Positions 12,201 through 24,722 of a stretch of DNA of 64,000 bases are shown one piece after another. The stretch's first letter is position 1. Every line of letters starts with the position of its first letter. Made by a program: the position numbers and the translations under genes. Source of the DNA: Phoronis australis (Eukaryota; Animalia; Phoronida). Below the pieces are notes generated by a model. That model was not told where the DNA came from. It made no database searches and saw nothing but the letters and a program-made list of their open reading frames with translations. Location of the stretch: assembly GCA_002633005.1 (NCBI GenBank), contig NMRA01000310.1:252624-316623 (forward strand), read 5' to 3'.

Positions 12201-15200
12201 TGGTCAGCTGTAAAGGAGACTAACACATGGGTATTGATGCAAGCCGAGTGAACGGCTTTGCTCGATCCAGACCATAGCTTCCTTTAAATTAAGAATCAAG
12301 TAAAGCTGACATATGGAATAAAGCAGCTCTCATTATTTAATAAACAGTTGAAATATTTATTATTATTTATTTTTAAATTAAAATTGCAGAATATTTTGCA
12401 GATTTGGTTTCAATTTGTTGGTTACTTTGGATAACACGTTTTAAGCAAAGAAATCGCTCAGTTTATTTGCTATGAAAATACCCAGAGGTTGCTATCTTGG
12501 AACCACACTAACTTAAGTCAGCAGTCAGGTCTGACGACAGTCAGGCGCAAAGGTCAAGGGTTCAACCATAGTGGTTGAGTAGGAATGTTCAAAGCCAGGT
12601 TACAGCTGAAATTGCATGCAGTATAATCATGTGTTGTGATAATTGTTTCCAAAGTGCTTGCATGATAACACAGATATAATGCTTTCTCGCACTTTCTGGG
12701 CCTAACTCAAATTATTGTGCATTGTCTTTTAAAAAAAAACATATGAAAACAGCTCTGTATGTTTGGTATTGTTTTTCCAGCAATTGAAGTCCATGCAGAA
12801 CGATGCGGTCATCTCAAAAGACGCTGCCCAGCAGGAACTGAGTCGCCACGAGATGATCGTGTACTCAGACCGAAAGAAGCGCGAGATTGAGCTGCAGCAG
12901 ATGAAAAAGGAAGCTGAGGAGAAGAAGTTGCAGCACGAGAGAATTGAGAAGAGAAATGTAAGAACACAGGAGGTGGAATAGGGGTGAATACCTGAGACAT
13001 TAACGATGGGCTTGAAACGGAAAATATTCCCTTTTGGCATATAAGCAGTAGATTCTATACCATTGTTCAAGTTTTCAACCTCACCGACCAATCCCTTCTA
13101 TTGCGGCCATTTTGTTAGGTTGCTCTAGTAAGGTCTCAAGCACACTTACGAAACACTTGCTTTTCTGTTATGTTTTTCGTGTAATCTTGATTTTCTCGAA
13201 GGAAAGTTGGTCTGTGTGGATCCTAGAAACATGACTATAACTGCTAGATGGTTTCTGAATATTTAATATAAATGAAATACAGGAGAATTAAGGTTTAAAA
13301 CAATTAACAAAAATTTAATTGTAACCTAAATGTTTTTGTAGGATTACAAAATAAACCAGCAGAGTAAAATGAATTTTCTGTACATGTAATTCATGACGCT
13401 TTATGGAGAAACAATTATAGAGGTTTTGTGCGAGTTCATAATTGCCACGCACATGTAAATGAAGATTACCTAATTCAAGTGAGCTAGCTTTTTGAGCGTG
13501 TACTGTTTAATTGTAGGCCCAGAGAGGCTCTATCAGCCAGGATGAGCTTACGCCTGCTGAGAAGGCCCAGCTATCTGGTGAAGATCAGCTGGCCAAAATC
13601 AGTACGTACGAGGACGCCTTCCGTCTGATCAAAGACGCAACGGGTGTCTCGGACACCAAAGAGGTCGTGACACGGTTTGAGAACCAAGGGGAGACAGCGC
13701 GCCACCTGGAGGAGTTGAAGAAAGATGGCGAGAAGACGATCACGCGATTGGAGGAAGATAAGAGGAAGCTGCAGGAAGAATTTGAACGTATGAAATACTC
13801 TGGAGAGGCTAAATTGTCCAGGTGAGGGCGCCACTTGATGACCTACTTAGGACTAAACAAATGACCTTGATATTTATGAGTTACCTTATTATACCATGAC
13901 AGCCTTTAAGTGACATTTTCAATAACCCTAATAGAACGCCATCTGTTGTTGCGGCACCAGTGAAGTCTCAGCATAGGTAGGAGGTAAATGTTTTTGTCTG
14001 TGCAAGAGTAATTTAGTATTTAAGTTAATTTTATGCTCGGATTTAAATGAAATTTTAAGGAGATAGAGATTGGAAATGATCCAGTTGGGATCAGTTGATT
14101 AGATTTTGGAGGTCTCCTTGTACGTATTGTGTTGTATATCCATTTAAATTAGTGGCAACAAACCCCTGTTGGTCATCTGAGAAACTAATTCTATATTTAG
14201 ACTACTTACCATTATAAAATTGGCCTCAACTTGTTAAATTGGTCTCAACTCGTTAAAGTGGTCTCAACTCGTTAAATTGGTCTCGTCTTGTCAAATTGGT
14301 GTCAACTTGATCCTGTCTCGGATGAGAACTGAGTTTTGGTCTTGCAAAGAATTGGTGTTCCTTGAGACCATACTCGATGAATAACACGACGCCCCATGAC
14401 ATGATACCCTGTGAAAAGACAACTAATAGAGCCTGCCGGGGTCTCGACCAATAAGGGATTACCAATTCTTTCCCCGCCCACCAATCATAGCTATTTTGCC
14501 TATCGAGTCACTTGGAATGAAACCAATTCCACAGAATAAAATGGCCTACATTAATTTTTTGTGATGGACGGTGGGTTTATACAGTAGCCGCTTAAATGAT
14601 CGTTTTTTCAAAAAATTTCAGTTAGTTATACATAAAAATGATATGGTAGTGAACTAGCTGTGAATACATGCATAAAAGTACCAAAGTTTCATGCAAATCA
14701 TAAAGGTCTCACATCCTAGTGTTTCTGGCGTACCTTATGTTCAGCAGGGGGTCCAAGTCAATTTGAAATTTGTAGATTTGATATCACTAAAATAAAAGGA
14801 AATATAGTGGGGTTCTGGACCCCTTGACTCCCCCCTGGACCCACCTATGAACTACTGGTGTTCGCTAATTTATATTAAGGCTGAAAAATGTGCTTGAATT
14901 TTAGTGGACAGAGGATACTCGAAGAATTTGAAGGTCACCTTGCAACAGAGCAGGCACGCTGTGATGACAGTCAAGACAAACTTGACCGCGCCAGTAAGAT
15001 CTTGGTCAATGTCAAAGCCGGCGTGGAACATCTTCACGAGAAGCTACACCATCTCAAGGCAGTAAGTGAAGTAGTCTTCCTTAGGTTACTGAAAGTATTG
15101 AATGTGGCTATAAACCCCGCCTTCCATTCCGGGCTTGGCTATTAAAACCCATATGGGTTAATAAAACTTATTTTCTCAGCCAGGACCAGAAACTTACACA

Positions 15201-17648
15201 GTCCAACTGGGACAGTTGTATTACTAAGAGCGAGGCTAACAAAGAACTACTTTCACTGACCTTGAACTTTAGAGAAGTGATCAGATGTTAATTTCCGTTT
15301 TCACCTCCAACTGTTGTTATCCGAGTCTCTAGAGAAGACACTTCTTTCATGTGTGTGGTATTTTAACATGGCTTGGAAGTTGTGTTTACAAATTACATCC
15401 CAATCTCCCTGATCACTTGCAAACAGCGCATTACCATACCCTGTGTGGGGAAATAATAACAGGCTCAGTGCTTTCTAAACACTGATTTGCTCACTCGGCA
15501 ATTAACTTTATGAATAGGCTTGACTTGCTGCTTGGCTGGGGCGTACCTTGCTTTGCCAGAAATCCTTTCGTGTCCTAAGAGACAAAAGCATCTCACCTAG
15601 CCTAGTCTTGGTGTAGTAAGCTCTGTAAACACTATTCCGATATTATGCATTATCCGGGACGAAACTTCAACTGAAACCCCATACAAAAACTTTTTATTGT
15701 TGCTTTTAATGACTTAATCTGTTGAATGTCAAGTAGATGCAGATTAAATAGCTGGAGAAGTAGCCTTCATGTTTGTTGTCTTTCAGAATAAAGGACACGT
15801 GCCCACAGCTCAGATATCGCAGACGTCAGACGAGTACGTGCTCGACTTGCTGTCAATCTCTGAGGAGAAACTGCTGAAACTATTGGAAGAGCTGGATACG
15901 AAGGACTTGAATGAAGTTCAGAAACAAATGGAAGAAGAAGAGGTAGGAGACTTTAGAGGGCAGCACTTGCTTGATCTGATCTCTTGTGGCAGTTACAGAC
16001 CATGGTCACAAAAATAAGTTAATTCCTTAATTAATTTATTTTACCGTGCCTGAATGATCGAAGGGTTTGAACAAAAGGTTCATACAGCACATCTCAGCAA
16101 GAAAACATCTGCCAATGTAGACCACTATAACAGAATTCTATGAAAGAAACATTCTCTGGCAACGTGGATCCAATATGTACTACACGCTTGAACGAAAGCG
16201 ATCTTATCCATTCAATCATTAAAATGCCCATGGTCATTGTGTAATTAAAACCTGTCCTTTCTTCCCCTTTCTATTCTATTTCACATATTTCTTTCTCTTT
16301 GTCCTCTTTGTCTTCCTTCACCAATCTTTTCTACATTTCAGATCTATCAACCTGTCTTCACTCTCAGGTAGAACAGCACTCCTTTACGTTTTATGCTTTA
16401 TTTTTACTTCTGTTAAGTTGCTTGTCCCCATCAATTGACTGATTGTTCCTGATGATGATTGTGTTAGAAATATCCGCTTTTTTTGAACTGTCAAATGTGT
16501 TTTAGCCATTAGCATTCAATCCCCTCGTATGATCTGGCAAAGCTATTGCTACTTTTCCTCTTTGTTTTGTGCAAAATAAGGTCGTGCTGCGTGGACCTCA
16601 ATGTTTAGGTTAATGAGTATTGCTGAAAGGGTTAAAGCAACCATAAACTCATCATCAGTACCAAAACCTGTTGACAGATGTAGACCTTTTGTCATGACAA
16701 AATTAGTCCCAAATTGTTCCTTGATCAAATGTAATGACTTCTGGGCTTGGAATGAGTCCAGACTCTACAAGTTTGTTTGTCACATCGCCTCCCTTGAGGT
16801 GTAGAGCCGGCCTCGAGTAATAACAAGCTCTCTGTATTTTCCACGCCCAGAATTTTTGTCTCATCTGAGTTAGAAACAAGTTGAGATCCATTTCATACAA
16901 TGGCCTAAATTACGTTAGTTTCTTTCATAAAACATGGGTTAGCCACTTTAAACTCATATGTGATCGAAACATTTGACAGGCCTATTGCAATTTTTGAGTT
17001 AAGTTTTATTCTTCCATTGCAGTTCCACTCCAACATTGAAGGTTCCCTTCCACAATACAATACTAGAGTCAAGCTTCCTCAAGTGCATAAAGACAATGTT
17101 TACGACGGTAAGAACTTGTGTTTGTTGGTTAACTCTAAGCATTCAACAACATTCTAAGCAAGGACTACTTAATTCAGAAGCAATTTAAGAATCGAAATGA
17201 TTGTTTACATGCACCAAAATGCCTCGGCTTACAGACAAAAACATTGTGGGTGTGAATAAATTACCGTAATTAACGCATTAAGTGTACTTGTCCAAATATT
17301 TTTCAATGGTGCCCACATTGTTGCTGTAAACTAGTAGTCTGCTTAATCATCAAATACTAGTGAAATTCTGCACAACTCAAGCGTGACCTCAGGGAACTCA
17401 TACAAACATAGTTTTAAGTAAATTTCCCGTCTTATTTTCCTTTGAGAAAATAGTGCTATCATGATTTATGACTTCAAAACCTTGCTGTGAAATGACAACC
17501 TCTGCTCTGCGTTGTAGACGAGGACGACAGTGGCGATGATGAGGGTGATATTGTGACCAGAAATCAAATCAAACGACAGGCACAGAACCTGATCGATTCC
17601 AAGACAAAGAGAAGAGTAGCCAAGAAGAAAAAGAAGGGCGGAAAGTAA
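9145..17648 (+). CDS. ODAD3: Outer dynein arm docking complex subunit 3 (CCDC151), spliced gene, 10 coding exons, 542 aa
   Basis: Exons 9145-9205, 10462-10583, 11350-11607, 11983-12159, 12781-12957, 13517-13821, 14905-15061, 15787-15942, 17023-17107, 17518-17648; all GT-AG, phases consistent, 1629 nt. The N-terminal ISEIKSRITLLDGDRKAYYE matches the CCDC151 motif (human LQKKIQLLEGDRKAFFE, recalled). Coiled coil throughout, with an acidic then basic C-terminus. Confidence 0.93.
10179..10323 (+). mobile_element. MITE family B (CAGTGGCGGATTTAG...GGATCCGACCCTG)
   Basis: TIRs; near 5-bp TSD cttgt/cctgt; siblings at 59753 and 62618. Confidence 0.8.
10462..10583 (+). CDS. ODAD3: ODAD3 exon 2 (DGDRKAYYENAEF...DCLA)
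   Basis: ttacag acceptor, gtaagt donor. Confidence 0.92.
11350..11607 (+). CDS. ODAD3: ODAD3 exon 3 (ADEHVINNAF...SKEAQ)
   Basis: taatag acceptor, gtgagt donor; overlaps ORF 11392..11646. Confidence 0.92.
11983..12159 (+). CDS. ODAD3: ODAD3 exon 4 (ELRTLENSLDKA...EELK)
   Basis: ttgtag acceptor, gtaagc donor; LENxLDKA motif of ODA docking proteins. Confidence 0.92.
12781..12957 (+). CDS. ODAD3: ODAD3 exon 5 (QLKSMQNDA...IEKRN)
   Basis: ttccag acceptor, gtaaga donor. Confidence 0.92.
13517..13821 (+). CDS. ODAD3: ODAD3 exon 6 (AQRGSISQDE...MKYSGEAKLS)
   Basis: ttgtag acceptor, gtgagg donor; IKDATGVSD and KYSGE motifs. Confidence 0.92.
14217..14310. repeat. ~19-bp minisatellite (AAATTGGTCTCAACTCGTT)
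   Basis: About 5 copies. Confidence 0.8.
14905..15061 (+). CDS. ODAD3: ODAD3 exon 7 (GQRILEEFE...HHLKA)
   Basis: ttttag acceptor, gtaagt donor; VKAGVEHL motif. Confidence 0.92.
15787..15942 (+). CDS. ODAD3: ODAD3 exon 8 (NKGHVPT...MEEEE)
   Basis: tttcag acceptor, gtagga donor. Confidence 0.9.
17023..17107 (+). CDS. ODAD3: ODAD3 exon 9 (FHSNIEGSLPQYNTRVKLP...)
   Basis: ttgcag acceptor, gtaaga donor. Confidence 0.9.
17518..17648 (+). CDS. ODAD3: ODAD3 exon 10 (EDDSGDDEG...KKKKKGGK*)
   Basis: ttgtag acceptor, TAA at 17646-17648, AATAAA at 17852. Confidence 0.9.
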
Positions 17649-18414
17649 GCAGACGTCTCATCGACACATCACTGTGTATTCATCCACAGAGTGATGGAGG
17701 CCACCTGTGGTGTAGATCACGACTGAGTCATCTATACAGACCGTGTTTGAAGACACTGATATTTTTAGTCTAATTTGCTTTTGGCTCGATTGTTGTGGTA
17801 ATGTTGTAAATATTGCAGGTGTCTTACAGATATTCATGCGAAAGATTATTTAATAAATGGTTGCACTTTGTTATATTCTTCTCGTCCTATTACACTTAAC
17901 ATTATTTAGTTACACACTGTGGCTCTTTATTTATTCATCTTCGTGAGAGCAACAATGGTAATAAAAATTTTAAATTTCAAATTTTCAAATCTCTTTAGTG
18001 GACACACGTTCCAAGAATTCATCAATTCCTATACAAAACAAAATTAATGCACACGCTACTTAATTCTGCTACCAAACGTAATTTCTGTAAATATCAGCAG
18101 GTAAGATCTCTGCTGCAAAGATCTTTTCAGACGTAACTATAAGTCACGTGAAGTGACCAGTATATGGCGTGTGTGAAGACTAATAATTCTTACTTATTCA
18201 AGTTGAATATTTTTTTCTCACCCGGAGAGCCATCTTTGCCACGCCCACATAAATAACAGGCATAAATCTAAAAAAAAATATTTTATTTCGGACTCTCTTT
18301 CAGTAATAATTACATAAACAACGGTTCGAGCACAGTGAATGACAGTTTGATGAATGCTTGAGTAGATGAAGTTAACCTGATACAATTCAAACTGCTCCAT
18401 ACTTTCTACATAGA

Positions 18415-18481
18415 TCAGGTCTTGGATGATTTTGGCTTAGAACCCACTATAACTGCTTCATCCCAAGGTCCGTAAATGTTG
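18415..18481 (-). CDS. PIGC: PIGC last exon ([21 protein letters not shown])
   Basis: ttccag acceptor; TGA at 18417-18415; conserved GPWDEA. Confidence 0.92.
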
Positions 18482-21400
18482 CTGGAATTATAGAATGACA
18501 TTGATCAATTTTACTGCAATTAAAAACATGATATTTCAAGAACAGTAAACCACATCTCCTTTACTGTATAACAGTTCTACTTGGTGATTTCCAGAGTACT
18601 TTCCCAGTCGAAAGGCACTGTCAAATGCTAAGATAAAAATTAAGGGGATTGTTCAAATCTGCACTGACAAATAAGCTCACAAGACTGTGAATTCAATTTA
18701 ATCAAGTAACAATTGTGAATTCTGTGTATATTCAGGCAGTCAAATACTTAATATGCGCATTCATAACAATACTTACTTCTTGTATGGTTGTAGACTGAGT
18801 AGCCATATTGGACAAATGAATGTAATAAACAAATGAAGGATGAGGAACAAGATGGCCGCCATATTGGATACTGTGCAGAGCATTAACACTGTAGCGACCC
18901 CTAGTGAGATGGTCAACAGATCTTGACTGTATGCTAGGTGAATCTGAAATGGTACATCACGCAACGCAATCCATCAAACGTCTGTCACACAACAAAGTCA
19001 TTGATACGGTAAAATTTCACCAATTTCTAACAAATATAATTGAAAATTCTTCATTTTTCAAAGGCTTCTGATTGCGAATGCACACAATTTCACAAAACAT
19101 TGTCTATAGTAGATGTGGTATAAAACTTCAAAATGTAACAGCATTTATTTTGTGTTATTAACTTATAAGAAAAAATAAAACAAAAAGTCAATAAAATTTC
19201 ACTTGCCAGTCACATTGTGTCCTAAATCGGTGAGATGTGCCGCGTAATCATAATAATACTGACCACAAACACTTAATACGAGCTTTGAAGGTGATACAGC
19301 CTGTTTCAGTAAATCTCACCAAATTTGGACAAAACGAATGATAAAATACTTATTTTCATCTTCCAATGAACCCTAACATTGCTGTGAGTACCCACAGCAC
19401 TATCAAACATTGTATGGTAATAGCTGTGGAACAGATTTTATCAATTATACTGAAACAAGGTGGCGTACTTCTGTTTTAAGAAAAAATGAGAACAACCAGA
19501 AAAATTTCACTTGTCCTCTATTATTGTATGCCAAGTTTTGCAGTGTCCAGATGTACAAAATGTAAGTTTTCAAGTGAACACTATTTTTGGTCTCAAAATG
19601 TATTGCCTGACACAGTTACTATTTGACATTGTTTAAAATTGATATACCAATAATAAAAATGTTTCACAAAACTGGAATACACAGTCTCAAATGGTGCAAA
19701 TTCACATGACTGGTTTATGAAGTTTAAATTATTCATTTCATGACTTAAAAAGATTTATATTGGGATTTCCAATCTACGATATACAGACTACAGGAAATCT
19801 GGGCAAACAAGAGCGCTTAAAACGACAATGTAAAACATTGGCTTTGAGCAATGAAATTGAACGCTTTTCTGAAAAATGGGGCCACACTCTTGATATTTTG
19901 AAAAAATTAAAACAATTACAAATTGCAAAGCACTGTACTGTCTTATGGTGCCTACTTAGATGAATTGATCAGGAAAATTTTCTTTCTTTAATTAGAAATT
20001 GCAATATGATTACCATTTTTCTTACAGTTAAATCTACAAGTCCAAAAAAGTAGAAACGATCCTAAATTGAAGACTTTTTGTCACATGGAAACAGTGCACC
20101 TACGAAAATTAGTCATGTTTTGTAGTACTGTATCAACTAGGTAAACAGTGTTTGCTCAGTACAAGTCAAACATCATCCAGGTAAATCATGCAGGTAAATC
20201 ATCCACTAGCAGGTTACCTTCACAACACAAAAAGGATGTTGTTAGAAGTAATACTGGTTTCGCCGCCGACATTTATTACCACAACCAGTGACCTATCAGG
20301 ATACATTTTCTCGGAAATCCCCAGTTCCTAGTTGGTCATACCTCAATTTTGGCCCTGAATGCTGGCCATAAGGCGAACACTTCCACGGCGAAAGTGACAG
20401 TTGCAAAGGCATGTAAACTGGTGTGAAGACGTGAAGCGAGACAGACACTGGCAAAGAGGGCAGCACTACGTGAAAGGGATCCAGACACTCTACAAAAATA
20501 AGAGTTAATGTTTTGATTCCCAGTTTGATATGTTCCGTCATCTTCAGGGCAGTGAATTACAAACTTAAGCCTTTTGAGGACCATTTTCGTAATCACTCGG
20601 TAATTTTCAGAAAATGGAAGCTCACAGTCTAATCTTACTTCGCCGCTCAAATTATTCAGCCTCCAAACACTAATTATGGCTAACTTGCTAACAGTACACA
20701 TCAAAAATATTTCGGCAAAACGACCTGGAGTTCCCCATCATGACGGCGGGGTGCAAGCCGACTTCATTGTCAGAGTAGTCTCCCCTTGTGACCGAGAATG
20801 AAGGGAAATTAACAGGAAAGTTACAAAGGTGGATAAGCCACTCTGCAAATAAAATTTTGCCATAACCAACAGTCATTACCAGTCATTTTTGCAGTTCACA
20901 GAATTAACCGTCATGATAGGGAAACAGTAAATTTGATTGATTACTTTTGTCTTGTACGGCAGAAAGGGCAGAATAATGCTGTAGAGAGTAGTGTGGAGTT
21001 AATCTATAATGGGAAGTGTGAATCCAGTGTTCATTAGCAGACTATGAACATTACACTACAAGACTTCATTACAAAAACATGACACGGATATCCCCACCAG
21101 TACTCTGACTCTTCCCAAAAGTTAGGTTCTCAAATATAACCAGGTCACTGATATGTAACAATCTTTATTTGTATGCAAAACTAAATAGTCATGTTTGTTT
21201 TACATCCACAATAAAGTCATCTCAATTCAATAGTTGTTTGGTTGGTTCAGTTACTCAGTTTACTCACATAGTTACATCTGCTCCATATTGATGGAAGAGC
21301 AGGTTAGCTATCAACATGGCCGCCGTCATGGCGTAGATTGTGTCTGTGCTGATGGTTTCTGTTAGTGTCATGAGCACTGGTGACAAGCCGTAACCAATGG

Positions 21401-23484
21401 CAACAAACAGGATTGTGGTAATGAGGTCATCCCATCCTAAGTTATAAAAAAGTACATGTAGTTGTCATCTAATTTTGGAAAGTTGGGTTCATATCAACAA
21501 TATTTTTCTACATTTCTTACTTGTATACAGAACTGGTGCAAGCAAAAAGCAAAACAACATTTTTTTAAATTTAAAACAGTTGACCACAAACTTCTTCACC
21601 TTGACTTTTAAAGCTGCATTTTGCACAGTTTAGCTTGCTAAAAACAAAAATTGGACAAGACCTTTTACTCTCAGTCCATCTCATAATATTCCTTACTGAG
21701 ACAGGATTTCATTTAAACTACCAACCACATGGAACCATCACCCATTGTCTGGAAACAGAATCCTATAACTGTATGGAATACTATCAGTCGGTCTAATTTA
21801 CAGAAGGTCTAATTTGTTTTCTTTTTTAGCCAGCTTAACAAGGCAAAATATAGCTTAATAATTGTAATTAAAGTTTACATAGAAATAGTACTGTTATCGC
21901 TCAACAAAATCAATGAAACTGACCTTTTTTTGCATAAATGGAAGGTTGGTAATTGCCAAAAACAAAGAAATGTGACCAAATTTAGTCTATTTATGTCTTT
22001 GAATGACAGGTTTTGTAATCCCTGATATCACTGACAACCACAACACAATATTTATGCAGGCTTCGATTGTGGAGTCTATTGCCAAGTACTTATGGCTTGT
22101 TCACTTTTTTCATCTTTGTCATGAAAGGAAATATAATACAAAGTCAACAAATTGGTCATAAAACGTGACTGAGCAAAGTTCTTTTTCAGTGTCACATTTT
22201 TAATAAGATAAGTTTGACTTCTTATTTTGATAATTAATGACTACATCATGGACTACGGGAATCATTGATAATTTCAAGACCTTGAGGTTTGTTGTAGCAA
22301 AGTTCATTTGTCAAACTCTAAAGGAATCAATTTTGACATGACTAAATTATCATTGCTTCAGGCATTATTATTGACAACCAACAATTTTGCCTCAACAAGC
22401 TTATTCAGTAAACTCACTAGTACGACCACTTGTGTGGCGACCTTTACCGCCATCTATGAGATCAAAGATGAAATATCCTACGAGTGTGAAAAGTGATGAC
22501 ACCAAGATGAGAGTGTTGGCTGACAGACGATGCTCGTCCATGTATACGAACACAACTACAAACAGACAAACGCTGAAAGAACAACACAGCTGCTTTAATG
22601 AAGTAACTTTTGTGAACATGAACAAAACAAACCAATAGAAATGACAAAGGTTTCGATGCGACTATCAAATTTTTAATCTAAGTATTACCAGTTTGCTTGA
22701 ATCACATCATAACGAACATTTATCTAAGTTTATAATTATGAACATGTCAATTTCAATATGGCGTGGAAAATATGTTGTAAACATTTTAAGTCTGGTCAGC
22801 ACGCCATCTGTTGGCCACATCACATAAATGTTGACCTCAGTTCTTCATGTAAAAGAACACCTTCTATGCTCTTTTAAAATTGACAACTACTTGTCAGTTA
22901 TATACTAACCTATGGCTGTTTGTCTGTTTTGAAGCACTGACTTTAAACAAACGTATTCAACTGAACTGAGGTTAAAATTCTGCAAGGTACTCGAAATCAT
23001 ACTTTCACTTTGAAAATCAACCATTGTGAAAAATCTTTCTTAAATTACTTATAAACGTATAGATGCTGATGTTGGCCAACAGTGATTCGAATAAACAGAT
23101 ATAAAGGCATAAAAATCAGGAACCCCAACTGGGAACCGAAGCACCAGCAAACTAGAGATTTGAGGTTTGAGATTCCTGATTTTTCAGTCTGTGTTCATTG
23201 TTCGTTTATTCTAAAATTACTAATTGAGACACAGACACAAAAGTCATGACTGAAACAATTCATCATTAACACTCGAATTGTTATCGTTTGATATAGAAGG
23301 GTTGTGTTGACCAGCCCAAGCCTGTGTTGACCATCACAAAGCCACAAGCCTGTGTTGACCAGCACAATCCTGTGTTGACCAGCACAAGACTGTGTAGACC
23401 CCATGACCCCATACCTGCTCAGCTGCTGGGTAACAAGTCCAGACTTGCAAACCAACGTTACAAAGTCATACTTCTGAATGTGTA
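18415..23484 (-). CDS. PIGC: Phosphatidylinositol N-acetylglucosaminyltransferase subunit C (GPI2), spliced, 5'-partial (first coding exon not visible)
   Basis: Exons 23484-23415, 22572-22418, 21436-21268, 20489-20342, 18943-18777, 18481-18415; GT-AG, phases consistent. Motifs [42 protein letters not shown] and NIYGPWDEA match PIGC/GPI2. Confidence 0.94.
18777..18943 (-). CDS. PIGC: PIGC exon (IHLAYSQD...[12 protein letters not shown])
   Basis: tttcag acceptor, gtaagt donor. Confidence 0.92.
20342..20489 (-). CDS. PIGC: PIGC exon ([21 protein letters not shown]...RAKIE)
   Basis: ttgtag acceptor, gtatga donor. Confidence 0.93.
21268..21436 (-). CDS. PIGC: PIGC exon (WDDLITT...[19 protein letters not shown]...YGADVT)
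   Basis: acttag acceptor, gtgagt donor. Confidence 0.93.
22418..22572 (-). CDS. PIGC: PIGC exon ([13 protein letters not shown]...[16 protein letters not shown])
   Basis: tttcag acceptor, gtgagt donor. Confidence 0.92.
23303..23400. repeat. ~20-bp minisatellite (CTGTGTTGACCAGCACAAGC)
   Basis: About 5 degenerate copies next to a PIGC donor site. Confidence 0.8.
23415..23484 (-). CDS. PIGC: PIGC exon ([22 protein letters not shown])
   Basis: tttcag acceptor, gtatgg donor. Confidence 0.88.
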
Positions 23485-23763
23485 CTGAAAGATGTAAAAA
23501 TTATCAATCAAGAAATGACAATACTGCGGAGCCGCGTTGAAGTCTTACCAGGTAATATACTACATCTATGTAACTGTCATGATATGACAAAGAATCATTT
23601 GTCACTAAGCCTGCCCATGTAAAGTAACACACAAAATGACAAAATTTATTGTTATATTCCCGAATATTGTCATTAAAAATTAGCAAAACATTACAGAACC
23701 AACGCTATCGCCCTTGTACCGACGATCGAGGCCTTCTGAGGCGGAAATCCTCCCTTTGCCCCA

Positions 23764-24000
23764 NNNNNNNNNNNNNNNNNNNNNNNNNNNNNNNNNNNNN
23801 NNNNNNNNNNNNNNNNNNNNNNNNNNNNNNNNNNNNNNNNNNNNNNNNNNNNNNNNNNNNNNNNNNNNNNNNNNNNNNNNNNNNNNNNNNNNNNNNNNNN
23901 NNNNNNNNNNNNNNNNNNNNNNNNNNNNNNNNNNNNNNNNNNNNNNNNNNNNNNNNNNNNNNNNNNNNNNNNNNNNNNNNNNNNNNNNNNNNNNNNNNNN
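23764..24000. other. Assembly gap (N run)
   Basis: 237 N. Confidence 1.
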
Positions 24001-24315
24001 AAAAGTGAATTAGTGAAATATGCTGTTTTTAAGATACATTTGAAAAAAGAAGCCACTCACTCACTGTTTGTTATCATATTGTGAATACGAACACGTCCGG
24101 GTATTCGTTTGACGTTCGTAAGCAGACAAACGCTGGAAACTTCAACGCCAGATGTCGCAGGACCGAGCAGAAGAGGAAATAAGATCGTTCACGACTTTAG
24201 GGCACTCACGACTTTAGGGCCTCTGACGGTAATTACTAATGTGATACTTGGTTGGTAGCCCCTCAAAAATTGCAGTTTCATTCACTCAATAACAAGCAAA
24301 GGGCAGCAAATGGGT

Positions 24316-24418
24316 CCCTCTTCAAAATGGCTACTGTCTGAGAACCAGTTTTCACTGAATAATGACAGTGTCTTTTATTCAGTGAAACTGGTTCCTGGTA
24401 GCCTTTTTTGAAGAGGGG
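24316..24418. mobile_element. Short palindromic element (GAACCAGTTTTCACTGA core)
   Basis: CCCTCTTCAAAATGGCTAC...GTAGCCTTTTTTGAAGAGGGG; relatives at ~61909-61993, 25904-25960 and 42284-42340. Confidence 0.6.
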
Positions 24419-24722
24419 CTCATTTACTCCACTCCACTTGTAAACCTGTTATTCAAGAAAATGCTTTGAATTAATCAAGTTGGTTTTAATAGGTTGTTCA
24501 TCTGTATGCAATTATTTCATTGGGCTTAGTAGAACAATGGATGGAGTGAGATAAATCTGTGCTTGCAGTATTCATGTCATGTAAGCGCATGGGCTGGTAT
24601 ATTCAGAAAATTTTCTTGATATACGGTAAACTCATGGTACTACTTTATTGGTGACAATTAACATTTTCTACAGTTTGTAAAGTTTCCCAGAATAAACAGT
24701 ATCGGTGAAAACAAGGCTTTAA

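Noticed and set aside
19011-19520. Weak ~300-bp internal duplication in a PIGC intron
   Set aside because: Too diverged and AT-rich to define boundaries by eye.
23504-23686. ORF segment WAGLVTNDSLSYHDSYIDVVYYL as the missing PIGC N-terminus (PDNYVD-like)
   Set aside because: It lacks the conserved KxLY and PDNY residues, and its donor is phase 0 while the next exon needs phase 1.
23649-24056. ORFs running through the N gap
   Set aside because: Artefacts of undetermined bases.
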